Origin: Candidatus Moraniibacteriota bacterium
GTDB lineage: Bacteria > Patescibacteriota > Minisyncoccia > Moranbacterales > UBA1568
DNA: 64,000 nucleotides
Direction: 5' to 3'
NCBI GenBank assembly: GCA_028688415.1
Contig: JAQTYF010000001.1
Span: 400,627 to 464,626, forward strand
Below are positions 17,297-27,546 of this stretch, piece by piece (the stretch's first letter is position 1; each line of letters opens with the position of its first letter). Position numbers and translations under genes: made by a program. The notes below the pieces were generated by a model, which was given only the letters and a program-made list of their open reading frames with translations, searched no databases and was not told where the DNA came from.

Positions 17297-17698
17297 TTAT
17301 TTTACTTCCAGTTCTTTGAAGCCAGTATTCTCATCAAAAACACGTTCGTACGATACATCGTCAAAGATTCCTATGACGATTTCTGCTGTATATTTTATTT
17401 CACAACCATCCTTGAGGTGACCTCCAATCACCTTTCCTTGCTTATCAGAAACAGAAATATGGATGTGACACCCCTCTTTTGATATCGTGCCCGTGCCAGA
17501 AACTATTTCAAATGGTTCATCCCATTCTTTTACAATCTGGTTATCTGGTTCTGATGCTGCCATTCTCAATATGGCATTCTCTAAGCCCCCGACAATCGAC
17601 AGAAGTACACCAGCTTTTATTTCTTTCTCAACAGCGATTTTTTCAATCTCTTCTTTGAGATATTGTCCTGGTTTTAGTCTGAATGTAAGTTGCTTCAT
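17297..17698 (-). CDS. PPC/DUF296 domain protein
   Basis: 133 aa with the 'GxxxxHxHxxxxxxxGxxxGGHL' pattern ('GCHIHISVSDKQGKVIGGHL') characteristic of the PPC (PD1-like) fold. Confidence 0.5.
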   Translation of the reverse strand: MKQLTFRLKPGQYLKEEIEKIAVEKEIKAGVLLSIVGGLENAILRMAASEPDNQIVKEWDEPFEIVSGTGTISKEGCHIHISVSDKQGKVIGGHLKDGCEIKYTAEIVIGIFDDVSYERVFDENTGFKELEVK

Positions 17699-17788
17699 AA
17701 TTTTTTATATCTATCTCAAGCCTTATCAGCCTGTACTCTGACATTTCTCACCTCTATTTTTTGTACCCGTTCTTCCAATGTATCCATA

Positions 17789-20437
17789 TTATTTCCCATG
17801 GCACTTCTTGTATTTCTTTCCTGAACCACACGGACAAGGATCATTACGATTGGTAACGTTCTGATTGATGATTGGTTTTTGTATCACTTCCGATTCTTGT
17901 TGGTTATTATTTGTTATTTGTTTGCTGTTTTGAAATTGTTCAATACTTTCATTGGCTCCAGAAAATCGTATTTCACGAGGCGATACTTTCTGAGCCATAT
18001 TCTCTCCCGAACCGATTTTGAGAATGGTCAAGAGATACGTCTTTCTCACGGTGTCCATCAGTCCGAGGAAGAGATCATACGCTTCACGTTTGTACTCGAT
18101 AAGCGGATCACGCTGACCGTAGCCACGCAGTCCGATACCCTGACGGAGATAATCTATCTCATCGAGATGATTCATCCACAGCGTATCGAGCGAACGGAGA
18201 TAGAGTGCTTTCTGTATACCATTCCATGTTTCTTTTCCGAGTGCTGATTCTTTCAGGCTATAGACTTTCTTGGCCTCACCCATGAGATATTCGAGGATGA
18301 GACTTTTCTTCTCGAGCTCATCTTTGGAACGATCATCTCGAATACTCTCGAGATGTTTCACTGTTTCTTTCTCATCGAGCGTCGGGAACATACCATTTGC
18401 TTCCACGGCAACTTCAGAGACATTCCATACCGCTTCCTCACTCGCTGTATGAAAACTGATGATATGATCGAGTTCTTCGGAGAGGAGATTGAGCGTCTCA
18501 TCACGGAATGCTTCAAGTTCGAGTACATTTTTTCTTTTTCGATAAACCACTTCACGTTGTTTGTTCATCACATCATCATATTCGAGAACGTGTTTACGCA
18601 TATCAAAGTTAAATCCTTCGATTTTTGATTGAGCACTTTCGATTGTTTTGGAGATCAGTCCATTCTGAATAGGCTCATCCTCAGGGAGTCCGAGCGTTGT
18701 CATCATACTTTTCATCTTCTCCCCACCAAATCGTCGCATAAGCTCATCTTCGAGTGACACATAGAATTGCGATGCGCCAGGATCACCCTGACGTCCTGCA
18801 CGACCACGAAGCTGATTGTCGATACGACGCGCTTCGTGACGCTCAGTACCGATGATGAAGAGTCCTCCAACTTCTCGTACACCATCACCAAGCTTGATAT
18901 CCGTACCACGACCAGCCATATTGGTAGCGATAGTGACAGAGCCCAGATGTCCGGCATTGGCGACGATAGAAGCTTCACGTTCATGATTCTTGGCATTGAG
19001 CACTTCGTGTGGCACACCTTCACGTGTCAGAAGAGCACTCAGATGTTCAGATTTTTCGATAGCGATAGTACCGATGAGTGCTGGCTGTCCAAGAGCATGG
19101 ATTTCTTTCACCCGGTTGGCTATGGCACGATATTTTGCTTCTTCTGTTTTGTAGATGATATCAGGCAGATCCTTACGGATGAGTATTTTGTTCGTTGGAA
19201 TTTCCACGACATCGAGCTTATACACCTTGGCAAACTCCTCTGCTGAAGTGAGGGCTGTACCCGTCATCCCTGATAATTTATTGTAGAGACGGAAATAGTT
19301 TTGAAATGTAATCGTAGCAAGCGTCCGAGATTCACGTTGCACCGGAACACCTTCTTTGGCCTCGATAGCCTGATGAAGCCCCTCACTATATCGACGTCCT
19401 GGCATGAGGCGTCCAGTAAAATCATCTACAATAATCACTTCTCCATCCTTCACGACATAATCTCGGTCAAGACTAAAAATAATTTGGGCTTTGAGCGATT
19501 GTTCGAGATGATGGACGTACTCAATATTTCCTGATGTATAGATATTCCCCATTCCAAGAAGCTTCTCCACATGATTCATTCCTTCATCAGTCAGTGTCAC
19601 TACTTTCATTTTTTCATCCACGATATAGTCTTTTTCTTTACTCAGTTGTGGAACAATACGGGCAAAACGCTCATACATCTTGGTGGATTCACTGTCTGGA
19701 GCAGAAATAATAAGTGGCGTACGTGCTTCATCGATAAGAATCGAATCGACTTCATCAACGACCGCAAAGTTGAGTTCTCTTTGTGTCATCTCAGCACGAT
19801 CCGCGACCATATTGTCACGCAGATAATCAAAACCAAATTCATTATTCGTACCATAAGTAATATCTGACACATAAGCTTCTCGACGCGTCACAGGAATAAG
19901 ATTGGCCATCTCTACACTCACACTGTCTGTATCAGAAATATTTGATTCATAACGATAAGAAGTATTTTGTCCGACAATACAACCCGTCGTGAGACCGAGT
20001 GCTTCATAGACTTGTCCCATCCAATTACAGTCACGCTTGGCGAGATAATCATTGACGGTCACAACATGAACACCTTTGCCTGAAAGAGCATTCAAATAAA
20101 TAGGAAGCGTCGAAGTGAGTGTTTTTCCTTCGCCCGTCTTCATCTCAGCGATTCTTCCATGATGGAGAGCAATACCTCCGAGCATCTGTACGTCATAATG
20201 ACGCTCACCAATGACTCGTCCTGCCACTTCTCGAACAACCGCAAATGCTTCCGGGAGAATATCATCGAGTGTTTCTCCTTGGGTCAATCGTTCTCGAAAT
20301 AACTGCGCCTTTCCTTTCAAATCCTCCTCTGAGAGAAGACGAAGAGGTTCATCGAAAACATTAATTTTTGCAATAAGCGGACGGAATTTGTTGACTTCTC
20401 GTTCGTTAGAACCGAACAATTTCTCTAAAAATGACAT
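17789..20437 (-). CDS. secA: Preprotein translocase ATPase SecA
   Basis: 882 aa with DEAD-like motor motifs, preprotein cross-linking domain, and a C-terminal zinc finger 'CPCGSGKKYKKCHG'. Confidence 0.95.
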   Translation of the reverse strand: MSFLEKLFGSNEREVNKFRPLIAKINVFDEPLRLLSEEDLKGKAQLFRERLTQGETLDDILPEAFAVVREVAGRVIGERHYDVQMLGGIALHHGRIAEMKTGEGKTLTSTLPIYLNALSGKGVHVVTVNDYLAKRDCNWMGQVYEALGLTTGCIVGQNTSYRYESNISDTDSVSVEMANLIPVTRREAYVSDITYGTNNEFGFDYLRDNMVADRAEMTQRELNFAVVDEVDSILIDEARTPLIISAPDSESTKMYERFARIVPQLSKEKDYIVDEKMKVVTLTDEGMNHVEKLLGMGNIYTSGNIEYVHHLEQSLKAQIIFSLDRDYVVKDGEVIIVDDFTGRLMPGRRYSEGLHQAIEAKEGVPVQRESRTLATITFQNYFRLYNKLSGMTGTALTSAEEFAKVYKLDVVEIPTNKILIRKDLPDIIYKTEEAKYRAIANRVKEIHALGQPALIGTIAIEKSEHLSALLTREGVPHEVLNAKNHEREASIVANAGHLGSVTIATNMAGRGTDIKLGDGVREVGGLFIIGTERHEARRIDNQLRGRAGRQGDPGASQFYVSLEDELMRRFGGEKMKSMMTTLGLPEDEPIQNGLISKTIESAQSKIEGFNFDMRKHVLEYDDVMNKQREVVYRKRKNVLELEAFRDETLNLLSEELDHIISFHTASEEAVWNVSEVAVEANGMFPTLDEKETVKHLESIRDDRSKDELEKKSLILEYLMGEAKKVYSLKESALGKETWNGIQKALYLRSLDTLWMNHLDEIDYLRQGIGLRGYGQRDPLIEYKREAYDLFLGLMDTVRKTYLLTILKIGSGENMAQKVSPREIRFSGANESIEQFQNSKQITNNNQQESEVIQKPIINQNVTNRNDPCPCGSGKKYKKCHGK

Positions 20438-20522
20438 AGTTTATGGCTTTAAAAAAGGAAAATATACCACTCTATTCTAGCAGAAATACACGATGTCGTC
20501 AAAAGCATTTTTTGTGTTTTAT

Positions 20523-21257
20523 TCACGAACGAGTCAGATAATAATCGAGGGTGTAGATCCAATTTTCATCATTTTCTCCCCCATTCTCTCTCGTCATAAT
20601 CTTCTGGTTGAGCATCCAACTGATATAAGGAGCATCTTCCACTGCTATCTCGCTCACTTTTCTTCCGGTATATTTTCCGAAGGTAAACGTATTAAAAAGA
20701 ATCGGTCGCGACGAAATCTCGATCATTGTTTCGAGTATTTTCTCTTCGTCCTCGATTGTTCCAGACATTTTCTGAAAGAAAAAATCGAACAGTTTTTGCA
20801 AGACACGGACATCTCCGAGAGCGCTATGAGCGAGAGCATCATCGACGTCGAGATCATAATAATACCGCAGATACTGAAGACTCTTTCTCGGCACTGTTTC
20901 CTCTGGATCAAGGTGATGTGCGAGTTTGAACGTATCAATGAAGCGTTCAATCACAAGACCTTCTCGCGTGAGCATCGATATATCGAATGGAGCGTTGTGA
21001 GCTACCACTATATTTCCTACCGAAAAAATATCATGAAGATCTGTATGCATTTGAGAAGACGCAAATGGTTCACAGTTTATCACTGTCTTGTTTGTAATAT
21101 GTGTCACGACCATCGCATCGATAGTAATAGGAATTGGTGGCTTGAAAAGTGATTCATGTTCACTGCCATCAAAAGCATATGCTATTTGACAGAGCCTATC
21201 TTCCCTTCCGGTTCCAGTTGTTTCCGTATCGAGAAAAATGAGATTGTTTCTGTTCAT
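20523..21257 (-). CDS. DEDDh 3'-5' exonuclease (DnaQ-like) with a C-terminal DUF3820-like domain
   Basis: Exo I 'FLDTETTG', Exo II 'VAHNAPFDISML', Exo III 'HSALGDV'. C-terminal 'KYTGRKVSEIAVEDAPYISWMLNQ'. Start set at MNRNN so as not to overlap the DUF1294 gene. Confidence 0.65.
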   Translation of the reverse strand: MNRNNLIFLDTETTGTGREDRLCQIAYAFDGSEHESLFKPPIPITIDAMVVTHITNKTVINCEPFASSQMHTDLHDIFSVGNIVVAHNAPFDISMLTREGLVIERFIDTFKLAHHLDPEETVPRKSLQYLRYYYDLDVDDALAHSALGDVRVLQKLFDFFFQKMSGTIEDEEKILETMIEISSRPILFNTFTFGKYTGRKVSEIAVEDAPYISWMLNQKIMTRENGGENDENWIYTLDYYLTRS

Positions 21258-21270
21258 AACTTGAGTAATA

Positions 21271-21561
21271 TTACGGATGAGAAATATGGGTGTAAAGTAG
21301 ATAAAGCACAGCGCTGTTTTCAAAAATAAGCATCGGAATACCGATCAGAAAATACCATTTACGTGTCTTGTGTCGGAATACGAACATCCCTGCATAGACC
21401 CCAATGCTCCCAAACATCGTGGCAAGAAAAAAGAGTATTCCTTCAGAAATTCGTTCCGCTCCTGTTTTTTTCGAACGTGATTTATCCCAAAACATACAAA
21501 GAAAAGCTCCGAGATTTATGAGAGAAAAAACAATAAGGATGGAAGGTAATGGTGAATACAT
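21271..21561 (-). CDS. DUF1294 small membrane protein
   Basis: 'CMFWDKSRSKK...RISE' signature between two TM helices. Confidence 0.6.
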   Translation of the reverse strand: MYSPLPSILIVFSLINLGAFLCMFWDKSRSKKTGAERISEGILFFLATMFGSIGVYAGMFVFRHKTRKWYFLIGIPMLIFENSAVLYLLYTHISHP

Positions 21562-21566
21562 TATTT

Positions 21567-21839
21567 TTATAATTCTTTTACTCTCTTTTTTTGTATCATA
21601 TCAAGCTTCTCCAATCGAGAACATTTCTTGATACGATATTCTTCTTTAGATGCGAGGGATCGATCAGAAAATATGTGTGAAAAAATGAGTTTCACTGGCC
21701 TCCGACTCCTCGTATATTTTGCTCCCAGTGTCGAACTATTATGCTCATCAACTCTTCGAATAAGATCCGTTGTAATACCCGTGTAGAATGTATCGTCTGA
21801 ACATTTCAGAATATAGAGATAATAACATATTTTTTTCAT
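21567..21839 (-). CDS. GIY-YIG nuclease superfamily protein (UPF0213-like)
   Basis: 'YYLYILKCSDDTFYTGITTDLIRRVDEHN' and 'GAKYTRSRRPVKL'. Start taken at MKKICYYLY. Confidence 0.65.
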   Translation of the reverse strand: MKKICYYLYILKCSDDTFYTGITTDLIRRVDEHNSSTLGAKYTRSRRPVKLIFSHIFSDRSLASKEEYRIKKCSRLEKLDMIQKKRVKEL

Positions 21840-21912
21840 CCCATTTATCATCAATATTCTAAAAGTATAGCACGGTCTCGCTTGCTCTGAAAAATATTGT
21901 AATAAAGAAACG

Positions 21913-21958
21913 AGTCTCCCGTGCAAAAGAAGACTCGTTTCTGTTTGTATTTTTTGAT
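21913..21958 (-). terminator. Hairpin terminator downstream of hpf
   Basis: 11-bp stem gaaacgagtct/agactcgtttc with a 14-nt loop directly after the hpf stop, flanked by T-rich sequence. Confidence 0.45.
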
Positions 21959-21967
21959 CGTCTCTAT

Positions 21968-22318
21968 CTAGAAACGAGCGGCAGCATCGACGACAAGCTT
22001 CTTCTTGATAGAACGTTTCCCACGTAATTTCAAATCATGAAGTTTATTTTTTTTCTTGACAATTTGTGCTTCGAGTTCATCAATGACGGTATCAGTCGAA
22101 CCTTCGATACTTTCTGTCACTTCTTCTGCGCGATACATTTGATGAGGAGTCTTGACCATCACTTCGACACGAAACTTTCCTTTCTTGTCCTGACTCACTT
22201 CGATTTCAAACAATGTGACTGCATCAACGAATTTTTCTATTCTTCCGATGCGTTTGATAATATATTTCCTCATCTTTTCATTCACCTCTATGCCCTTGAA
22301 CAAAAATCGCATATTCAT
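21968..22318 (-). CDS. hpf: Ribosome hibernation promoting factor (RaiA/HPF short form)
   Basis: 116 aa. 'KGIEVNEKMRKYIIKRIGRIEKF' and 'FRVEVMVK' match the beta-alpha-beta-beta-beta-alpha fold of sigma-54 modulation protein/YfiA. Confidence 0.75.
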   Translation of the reverse strand: MNMRFLFKGIEVNEKMRKYIIKRIGRIEKFVDAVTLFEIEVSQDKKGKFRVEVMVKTPHQMYRAEEVTESIEGSTDTVIDELEAQIVKKKNKLHDLKLRGKRSIKKKLVVDAAARF

Positions 22319-22362
22319 ATCTTTGTGTCTTAAAGGATTATACCTCTAGTATATCACACTCT

Positions 22363-22560
22363 CTAGAGACCATAAGCACTTGAAAGAGAGCTCAGAAAAT
22401 ACGGTATGACAAACATCAGTCCGATGAGGGGAAGAAAAAATGTTATAACAGTACCAATGAGTGTCCACAAAAAATATTTTCGCGTTTTTTCAACCGATAT
22501 ATAGATACGGTCTAATTTCTCATCTTGCATTCGCAATTTTTGATTGATTTCCTCGTCCAT
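22363..22560 (-). CDS. Small membrane protein (65 aa), hypothetical
   Basis: Charged N-terminus followed by one strongly hydrophobic helix. Tightly placed between hpf and murB. Confidence 0.3.
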   Translation of the reverse strand: MDEEINQKLRMQDEKLDRIYISVEKTRKYFLWTLIGTVITFFLPLIGLMFVIPYFLSSLSSAYGL

Positions 22561-22580
22561 ATTCGTACTCTTTAAAAAAA

Positions 22581-23510
22581 TTAGAGACCAATAAATTGTA
22601 CTTCTTCCTTGAGACGTACACCAAGTTCATCGCGTACCCGAGTTTTGATGAGACTCGCAAGCATCAGCACATCTTCTGCTGTTGCGCTTCCCGTATTGAC
22701 GAGATAATTCGGATGTTGTTTGCTCACCATTGCGCCACCGATTTTCTTTCCACGAAGACCAGCATGATCGATGAGCCATCCAGCTGGCAATTTCCCATCT
22801 TTGGAAGGACTACCCGTATCTTTTTCAAATTCCTGTAACAGATGTGTATCTCTGATGAGAGGATTCATGAAAAATGATCCGGCACACTGAGCTTTCTGTG
22901 AGTGTTTTGCTTCACGTGAGGCGATAGTTTCGTTTGCAGTTTTCATCAGATGTTCCGCGTTGCCACATTCTAGACGAAGATCAGCAGAAATAATAATAAG
23001 ACTCGGATTTTTTTTGAAGATACTGGTGCGATATCCGAAAGCACATTTCTCTCGTGGATATTCTTGAAGCATACCGCTCGTCATCGAATAAACTTTGACT
23101 GAGTGTACAACACTACCAATTTCGACACCAAATGCCCCCGCATTCCCACGAATAGCTCCACCAAGTGATCCAGGTATACCAGCAAGTTTCTCCATACCCG
23201 ACAGACCAGCGCTACACGCCGTATGTACCACATCGAGAAGCGACACACCAGCACCACAGAGTATCTTTTCTCCAGAGATTTTTATCGTCTTATCAGTCAT
23301 CTGAATGACCATCCCATCGAATCCTTTGTCTGAGAAAAGTATATTACTTCCTCCACTAAAGATACAGAGAGAAAGGCCATTATTCTCAGCATATTCAACT
23401 GCCGAAGCGAGTTCGAGTGCTCCATTCACTTTCGTGAAATAGTTTGCTTTTCCTCCGATATGGAATGTGGTGAACGGTGCAAGAGCGACATTTCTTTGTA
23501 CGGTGAACAT
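22581..23510 (-). CDS. murB: UDP-N-acetylenolpyruvoylglucosamine reductase
   Basis: FAD-binding 'FTTFHIGGKANYF'. Catalytic-region similarity throughout. 309 aa. Confidence 0.85.
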   Translation of the reverse strand: MFTVQRNVALAPFTTFHIGGKANYFTKVNGALELASAVEYAENNGLSLCIFSGGSNILFSDKGFDGMVIQMTDKTIKISGEKILCGAGVSLLDVVHTACSAGLSGMEKLAGIPGSLGGAIRGNAGAFGVEIGSVVHSVKVYSMTSGMLQEYPREKCAFGYRTSIFKKNPSLIIISADLRLECGNAEHLMKTANETIASREAKHSQKAQCAGSFFMNPLIRDTHLLQEFEKDTGSPSKDGKLPAGWLIDHAGLRGKKIGGAMVSKQHPNYLVNTGSATAEDVLMLASLIKTRVRDELGVRLKEEVQFIGL

Positions 23511-23742
23511 ATATTTGAAAAAGATAGTAGATGAGTGATAAGAGATAATTGATGAAAGAGAAAATACAAACTACTTCGTTGGGAATTCTCTACTGATTTT
23601 GTAAACAAGTAGTGCTCGCTGATGTGCCTCTTGCCAAGCGAATAGATCTTGAAATTTTTTTATCCTCTCTTCCATATTTTTTCTATTTTTCTTTTTTGTC
23701 CATCTTTTTTATTCTCTCTCATCCTGCATCCTGCATCATGTA

Positions 23743-25188
23743 TCACTTATCACCTACTCTCGCCAAATGATGAGAGATTTCCCAGACATTCCCAGCTCCT
23801 AGTGTTATGATAACATCTTGTCGTCCCATTGTCTCTTCCAAATGTTCGATCACTGCTTCTTGTGATGGAACATATGTCGCTTTCCCGGGAACAAACTGGT
23901 TGATACGTGATACGAGTTCAAGAGATGATACGCCTCCTTGTTCTTCTCGTGCACTTCCATAAATATCGAGAATGTATACTTCATCAGCTGAATCAAAACT
24001 CTGCGAAAACTCTGCAAGGAGCGCTTTGGTACGAGTGAATGTATGTGGATGAAAAACAACTCTCAATCGGCGTTTTGGGTAGAGTTCGCGAAAAGCTCGG
24101 AGTGTCACGATGATTTCCTCCGGATGATGAGCATAGTCATCGTAGAGAAGTGTTCCATACCGTTCACCGATATATTCGAAACGTCGTTCCGTTCCTGAAA
24201 ATTTCTCGAATGCTCTGCGAATTCGCTCGATGTCTTGTTTGAGATACGAGCAAAGTGCCAATACCGCGACTGCATTCTCAGTATTATGAGCACCAGCAAG
24301 CTGAAGAGAAAATTGGCCCAGTGATTGATTTTTTGTCGTAACGGTAAACGTTTGTTTCGGCATATTCTTCTCAAAGACAAATCCCATCTGTGCTGGTGTA
24401 AATTGATCGATATGAAAATCTGCTCCTGGGAGGAATCCGTAAGAAATTTTCTGACAGGTAGCAACCTCTGCAACATTCACTACTGATGACAAATCATTGC
24501 AATATACAAGAACGCCATGCTTTGGAATACGAGCCACAAAGTCCTTAAATACCTGTTCGTATTGTTCCTTCGTTGCAAAAAAATCAGGATGATCAAAATC
24601 GACACTCGTCAGAATGACACAGAATGGCGTATATTCTGCAAGCTTGTTTTGATATTCATCTGCTTCAAGTACAAGAAATTCTCCACTCCCCGCAAGTGCA
24701 TTGCCTTCCCAATTCAAAATTCGACTTCCGACAATAGCCGAAGGGTCGGATCCAGTCATCTTGAGCGTTTCTGCAAGGAGAGCACTTGTTGTTGTTTTTC
24801 CGTGTGTTCCACATACTGCGAGTGTCATTTTCTCTCGAGTCAGCATTCCGAGTGCTTGCGGATAACTGAGCACCGGAACACCCAGAGTGAAAGCAAAAGC
24901 CAGTTCAGAATTCTTTTCTTTTGAATATGCGGTGGAATAAATAACAGCTTCGACATTCGATGGAATATTCTTGGCATCGAATTGCTCTGCATACTGTATC
25001 TGCCATTTCTGTAACAATGCATCAGTAAAAAATACTTCTGATGTATCTGATCCCGTCACGATTATTCCTTGCTTCGTGAGCAATTCGGCCAAAGCTGTCA
25101 TACCGGCACCTTTGATGCCGATCATATGTATCTTTCTGAAATGAGAGAGTCGTTCTGTCATAACCAGTGTTGAGGATTTCTCCTTCAT
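23743..25188 (-). CDS. murC: UDP-N-acetylmuramate--L-alanine ligase
   Basis: 'IHMIGIKGAGMTALAELL' Mur ligase N-domain. 'CGTHGKTTT' P-loop. Confidence 0.9.
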   Translation of the reverse strand: MKEKSSTLVMTERLSHFRKIHMIGIKGAGMTALAELLTKQGIIVTGSDTSEVFFTDALLQKWQIQYAEQFDAKNIPSNVEAVIYSTAYSKEKNSELAFAFTLGVPVLSYPQALGMLTREKMTLAVCGTHGKTTTSALLAETLKMTGSDPSAIVGSRILNWEGNALAGSGEFLVLEADEYQNKLAEYTPFCVILTSVDFDHPDFFATKEQYEQVFKDFVARIPKHGVLVYCNDLSSVVNVAEVATCQKISYGFLPGADFHIDQFTPAQMGFVFEKNMPKQTFTVTTKNQSLGQFSLQLAGAHNTENAVAVLALCSYLKQDIERIRRAFEKFSGTERRFEYIGERYGTLLYDDYAHHPEEIIVTLRAFRELYPKRRLRVVFHPHTFTRTKALLAEFSQSFDSADEVYILDIYGSAREEQGGVSSLELVSRINQFVPGKATYVPSQEAVIEHLEETMGRQDVIITLGAGNVWEISHHLARVGDK

Positions 25189-26324
25189 TTATTCATTGCG
25201 ATTTCATAGATACCAGACACGATAGTTTCTGTAGCGTCAGCGTGATAAAACGGTGCTAATTTTTTTCCCATAGATTCGCGAAGTTCTGGTGAGGATAAAA
25301 GTTTCTCTATATTTTCCAACAAGATATTCTCTCCGATATTGTCCTCTTCCAACACAAGCGCTCCACCGAGGGCCGCAACATCATACGCATTCATCCTTTG
25401 TTCATCATTTGCGGCTCCCAAAAGAGGAATAAGAATTGATGCTTTCTCTGTAGCAGCCAATTCAGAAATAGAACCAGCTCCCGATCGAGAAAGAACAAGT
25501 GTTGCTCCCTTGAGAGCATCTGCCAATTCCAATACCGAAAGAAAAGCTCTCGGCACATATCCCGATACACCAATTTTGATACCATATGCTTCGACAGAAG
25601 CAACAATACTCTCGTAATTTTTTGTTCCAGTCTGATGAATGACTTGGATATTCTTCTCAAGAAGTTTTGGTAAGATACGAAGCAATGCAATATTGATCGC
25701 TTGAGCTCCTTGACTCCCTCCAAAAATAAGTATTGTCGGTTTCTCAAGCGAGAGTGAAAATGTCGATACAAATCGATTGGCATCACCTAAAAGAATTTCT
25801 TCTCGAATAGGATTGCCTGTGAGCACTGTTTTATGTGCCGGGAAAAAATCATGAGCACTCGGATATGCGATAGCGATACGTGTCGCAAACGTAGACAAGA
25901 ATCGATTGGCGCGACCAGCAACGGCATCGGAATCATGAAGCAAAATCGGTATTCTATAGACCCACGCAGCGAGCACTACTGGTACAGAAGCTGCACCTCC
26001 TTTGGAAAAAACTGCGTCCGGCATAAAAATCCATAGATGCCACAATGCCTGCACAAATCCGACAGGTATTTTGAAAGGATCAATCAAGTTCTGCAAAGAA
26101 AAATACCGACGATATTTTCCTGTCCAGACAGATTTCATCGGAATCCCCTCCTGCTTCATAGCATCATTTTCAAAACTCCCTTCCGAACCGATAAAGAGAA
26201 GTTCTACACCGTTTCCCAAGTCAGATGGGAATTTATTACGGAGAGCACGAGCGACGGCAATCAAAGGAAATGTATGGCCTCCAGAAAGCCCTCCTGTCAA
26301 AACGATGCGTGGAATATCGTTCAT
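25185..26324 (-). CDS. murG: Undecaprenyldiphospho-muramoylpentapeptide beta-N-acetylglucosaminyltransferase
   Basis: 'IVLTGGLSGGHTFPLIAVARAL' G-loop. C-terminal 'GGSQGA'. 4-nt overlap with murC. Start chosen at MNDIPRIVL; the track ORF extends to 26444. Confidence 0.85.
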   Translation of the reverse strand: MNDIPRIVLTGGLSGGHTFPLIAVARALRNKFPSDLGNGVELLFIGSEGSFENDAMKQEGIPMKSVWTGKYRRYFSLQNLIDPFKIPVGFVQALWHLWIFMPDAVFSKGGAASVPVVLAAWVYRIPILLHDSDAVAGRANRFLSTFATRIAIAYPSAHDFFPAHKTVLTGNPIREEILLGDANRFVSTFSLSLEKPTILIFGGSQGAQAINIALLRILPKLLEKNIQVIHQTGTKNYESIVASVEAYGIKIGVSGYVPRAFLSVLELADALKGATLVLSRSGAGSISELAATEKASILIPLLGAANDEQRMNAYDVAALGGALVLEEDNIGENILLENIEKLLSSPELRESMGKKLAPFYHADATETIVSGIYEIAMNK

Positions 26325-26445
26325 AAAAAAGATAATTGAAACAAATAATCGATGTGTGATATAAGAAAAAATATGCTTTGCTTTTCTTGTTTTCTGCCTG
26401 CTTCGACTAAGATTTTCTATCACAAGATGGGTCACTTCTCCCACA

Positions 26446-27546
26446 TCATCTTGTACTTAGTGTAGAATGTTTGGATATATTAAGCAAGATTCCTATTGAT
26501 GCAAGAAGTACCACAAGTGATGTTCCCCCATAGCTGATAAATGGAAGAGAAATACCCGTCAGAGGTATGAGTCCGCTAATCGCTGACATGTTGATGAAAG
26601 CCTGCAACACAACCCAAGAAACGATACCGACAGCGAGCAGCTTTCCAAACTCATCTGGTGCAGAAAGGGCAATACGTATCCCTCTCCAAGCGATAAAAAG
26701 AAAGAGAGAGATCACTATCGTTGTTCCGAGAAAACCAAATTCTTCTCCAAGCACAGCAAAAATAGAGTCTGTTACTGGTTCAGGAAGGTAGTTGAATTTC
26801 TGACGACTCTGACCCAACCCTGCCCCAAAAAATCCACCGGACCCAAGGGCAAGAAGTGCCTGCATCATTTGATAGCCGGCTCCTTGCGAATCATATTCTG
26901 GATTGAGAAAAACCAAGAAGCGCTCCATCCGATAAGGGGCAATACGAATGAGAACAAAAAGAGAGAACAGACCGAGTAAGAAAAGGGAAACAATATGTTT
27001 CATATTCGCTCCTGATGCAAAAAAAATCGAAAGGGCGATAAGAAAGATAAGTCCGAGTGTTCCCGTATCTGGTTGTTTGATAATAAGGAATCCGACAAGG
27101 GAAAGAATAGCAAGAAAAGGTACGAAACCTTCAAAAAGATCTGCCGTCTTTTTTTGTGTCCTTTGTGAGAGCCAAGCCGCGAGATAGAGAATGATAGAAA
27201 GTTTCATCACTTCTGAAGGCTGAAAAGATATGGGTCCGATCTCCACCCAACGCGTTGCTCCATACACCGAGGTACCAAATCCTGGAATAAAAACCAATAT
27301 AAGCAGTCCGAGTGCCACAACAAATATAGGAACAACAAATCGTCTCCACACTCGATAATCGATACGCGAGAAAATATACAAAAGAATAAGTCCGATACCC
27401 AGTCCGAATAATTGCTCTTTAAAAAAATAGTAGGCATCCCCAAAACGCGTCCTGCCATAGAGCACACCTGCACTCGCGATCATGAGCAGTCCAATACCGA
27501 GAAGAATGAGGACAGCAATTAAGAGTGATCGATCGAGAGACTTCAT
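26446..27546 (-). CDS. ftsW: SEDS-family peptidoglycan glycosyltransferase FtsW (dcw context)
   Basis: 366 aa, ~10 TM helices. SEDS motifs ('GFGTSVYGATRWVEIGPISFQPSE'). Adjacent to murG. Confidence 0.8.
   Translation of the reverse strand: MKSLDRSLLIAVLILLGIGLLMIASAGVLYGRTRFGDAYYFFKEQLFGLGIGLILLYIFSRIDYRVWRRFVVPIFVVALGLLILVFIPGFGTSVYGATRWVEIGPISFQPSEVMKLSIILYLAAWLSQRTQKKTADLFEGFVPFLAILSLVGFLIIKQPDTGTLGLIFLIALSIFFASGANMKHIVSLFLLGLFSLFVLIRIAPYRMERFLVFLNPEYDSQGAGYQMMQALLALGSGGFFGAGLGQSRQKFNYLPEPVTDSIFAVLGEEFGFLGTTIVISLFLFIAWRGIRIALSAPDEFGKLLAVGIVSWVVLQAFINMSAISGLIPLTGISLPFISYGGTSLVVLLASIGILLNISKHSTLSTR

Noticed and set aside
17879-20480. Numerous plus-strand ORFs of 60-160 aa inside secA (e.g. 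18767..19246), and similar antisense ORFs inside murC, murG, mrdA, mreB, smc and rnc.
   Set aside because: They are antisense shadows of long, well-supported minus-strand genes. They have low-complexity or biased composition and no start context.
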